From Octopus sinensis (taxonomy: Eukaryota): a stretch of DNA of 64,000 bases. Below, in pieces: positions 61,683-64,000 of the stretch. The notes under the pieces were generated by a model. It saw only the letters and a program-made list of their open reading frames with translations, was not told the origin of the DNA and ran no database searches. The stretch spans positions 31,496,001 to 31,560,000 of the forward strand of contig NC_043006.1 of the NCBI RefSeq assembly GCF_006345805.1, read 5' to 3'. A program made the translations under genes and the position numbers. Each line of letters opens with the position of its first letter. The first letter of the stretch is position 1.

Positions 61683-62898
61683 CAAGGGTTGGACAAAAGA
61701 ATGGAAACACCTAGCATCATAGCATCATAATTTTTTAATATTTATAAAACTGTCAAAAGCTTTTTATTTTTATGTTATTTGATTTATTATTACTGTTGCT
61801 TAATATGTTTTGCTAAAATTGATGCTTCTTTTCAGATATCATCAGAAAAAGGTGTTAAAAATTAATCAGATCTGTCGAACATTCAAAGAAGTCAAATTGT
61901 TGGTGCACGTATTGTTGGTGTATCAAGAAGTAATATCTCGAAAGTAATGACTGCTTTTGAGAAAGAGGGTAAAACCTCCTCGTCGAAACAAAGCTCCGGA
62001 AGAAAATCAAAACTTTCAGACAGGGACTCTTATGCGAATTGTTAGAAAGGATCACAAAAGTACAGCTCCCAAAATAACTGCAGAGCTTAATGACCACCTC
62101 GAGAACCCAGTTTCCACAAAAACTGTTCACCGGTAGCTGCGCAAAGCCGGATTTCACGGAAGGGCTGCAATCAGAAAGCCACTACTTTCAAAAACAAACG
62201 TTGCAAAGCGTTTAGAGTGGGGTAAAAACCCACAGAATTGGTCCCTAGAGCAGTGGAAGAATGTTATTTTCTCGGCCGAGTCATCCTTTACCTTATTTCC
62301 AACCACCGACCGAGTATACGTGTGAAGACAGCCAAAAGAAGCATTTGACCCAGACTGCCTTCTTCCAACTGTTAAACATGGAGGGGGATCTGTAATGATC
62401 TAGGGGTTATATCTTGGAAATCTGCCGGCCCAATGGTTTCCTTTCATGACAGAATTAATAGTCATGACTATTTAAGCATTTTATCTGATCAAATTCATCC
62501 TATGGTTGCGGAACGGTTTCCGGAAGGAAAAGCAATCTTTTAAGATGATAATGTACCAATTCACACAGTTAAAGTTGTGTTAATTGCACGAGGAACATTC
62601 TAGTGAAGTTGAACATCTTATCTGGCCACCACAGTCCCCAGATCTCAATATTATTGAACATTTATGGTGCATTTTAGAAAAGCAAGGAGTCGATATCCTC
62701 CACCATAATCCCGACAAGAACTGGAGACTGTTTTATCTAAAGAATGGACAAAATTTCCTTTGGAAACAATTGAAACTTTGAACGAGTTCAGACCTTGTAG
62801 AATTCAAGCTGTAATTACTGTCAAAGGCGGTCTTACCCCATATTAAAATATATTTGTTTGAAATTTTAAGGTGTTTCCATTATTTTGTCCAACCTCTG
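61683..62898 (+). mobile_element. Full-length Tc1 (DD34E-type) transposon, defective
   Basis: TIRs CAAGGGTTGGACAAAAGAATGGAAACACC / GGTGTTTCCATTATTTTGTCCAACCTCTG; TA on both sides. Confidence 0.95.
61865..62846 (+). pseudogene. Tc1 transposase pseudogene
   Basis: SGRKSKLSDRD, RKPLLSKTN..KRLEW, WKNVIFSAES, TVKHGGGSVMI, F*DDN.PIHT, WPPQSPDLNIIEHLW; several stops and frameshifts. Confidence 0.93.
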
Positions 62899-62917
62899 TA
62901 TATATATATATAAATAA

Positions 62918-62992
<75 letters not shown>

Positions 62993-62994
62993 TA

Positions 62995-64000
62995 CAAGGG
63001 TTGGACAAAAGAATGGAAACACCTAGCATCATAGCATCATATTTTTTAATATTATAAAACTGTCAAAAGCTTTTTATTTTTATGTTATTTGATTTATTAT
63101 TACTGTTGCTTAATATGTGTTGCTAAAATTGATGCTTCTTTTCAGATATCATCAGAAAAAGGTTGTGTTAAAAATTAATCAGATCTGTCGAACATTCAAA
63201 GAAGTCAAATTGTTGGTGCACGTATTGTTGTGTGTATCAAGAAGTAATATCTCGAAAGTAATGAACTGCTTTGAGAAAGAGGGTAAAACCTCCTCGTCGA
63301 AACAAAGCTCCGGAAGAAAATCAAAACTTTCAGACAGGGACTCTTATGCGAATTGTTAGAAAGGATCACAAAAGTACAGCTCCCAAAATAACTGCAGAGC
63401 TTAATGACAACCTCGAGAACCCAGTTTCCACAAAAACTGTTCACCGGTAGCTGCCAAAGCCGGATTTCACGGAAGGGCTGCAATCAGAAAGCCACTACTT
63501 TCAAAAACAAACGTTGCAAAGCGTTTAGAGTGGGGGTATTAAAAACCCAGAATTGGTCCCTAGAGCAGTGGAAGAATGTTATTTTCTCGGCGAGTCATCC
63601 TTTACCTTATTTCCAACCACCGACGAGTATACGTGTGAAGACAGCCAAAAGAAGCATTGACCCAGACTGCCTTCTTCCAACTGTAAACATGGAGGGGGAT
63701 CTGTAATGATCTAGGGGTTATATCTTGGAAATCTGCCGGCCCAATGGTTTCCTTCATGACAGAATTAATAGTCATAAGACTATTTAAGCATTTTATCTGA
63801 TCAAATTCATCCTATGGTTGCGGAACGGTTTCCGGAAGGAAAAGCAATTTTAAGATGATAATGTACCAATTCACACAGTTAAAGTTGTGTTAATTGCACG
63901 AGGAACATTCTAGTGAAGTTGAACATCTTCTGGCCACCACAGTCCCCAGATCTCAATATTATTGAACATTTATGGTGCATTTTAGAAAAGCAAGGAGTCG
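62995..64000 (+). mobile_element. Second, near-identical tandem Tc1 copy (runs off the window end)
   Basis: Same left TIR, same 5' flank (TA)nGACATA, same inactivating lesions; differs mostly by 1-3 nt indels. Confidence 0.93.

Overview
AT-rich, microsatellite-dense animal DNA. The SINE families look like those I associate with Octopus genomes (recognition from memory, not a database hit). I find no host protein-coding exon I can support, so the window is probably intergenic or a very large intron. Nearly all ORFs in the track are translations of simple repeats. Contents: three abundant tRNA-headed SINE families; LINE remnants (RTE, R4/Dong, CR1/L2-like, HERO/NeSL-like); Penelope-like element (PLE) remnants; Tc1/mariner, hAT and Helentron-type DNA transposons; a dispersed 28S rRNA fragment; and several long hairpins. 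The standout signal is at the RNA level: about 15 hammerhead-ribozyme cores in repeats. One set is the minimal type-I form with a palindromic stem III, typical of PLEs, and one of these sits inside a tRNA-headed SINE. A second set, in four or five sequence-divergent repeat families, has the hammerhead strands in a non-circularly permuted, pseudoknotted order: stem II 5' strand / stem III-NUH-stem I / stem II-GAAA-stem III / stem I-CUGANGA. These show compensatory changes in all three stems. The most intact copy is 49669-49750 (+). All folds were read by eye and none is tested for cleavage.
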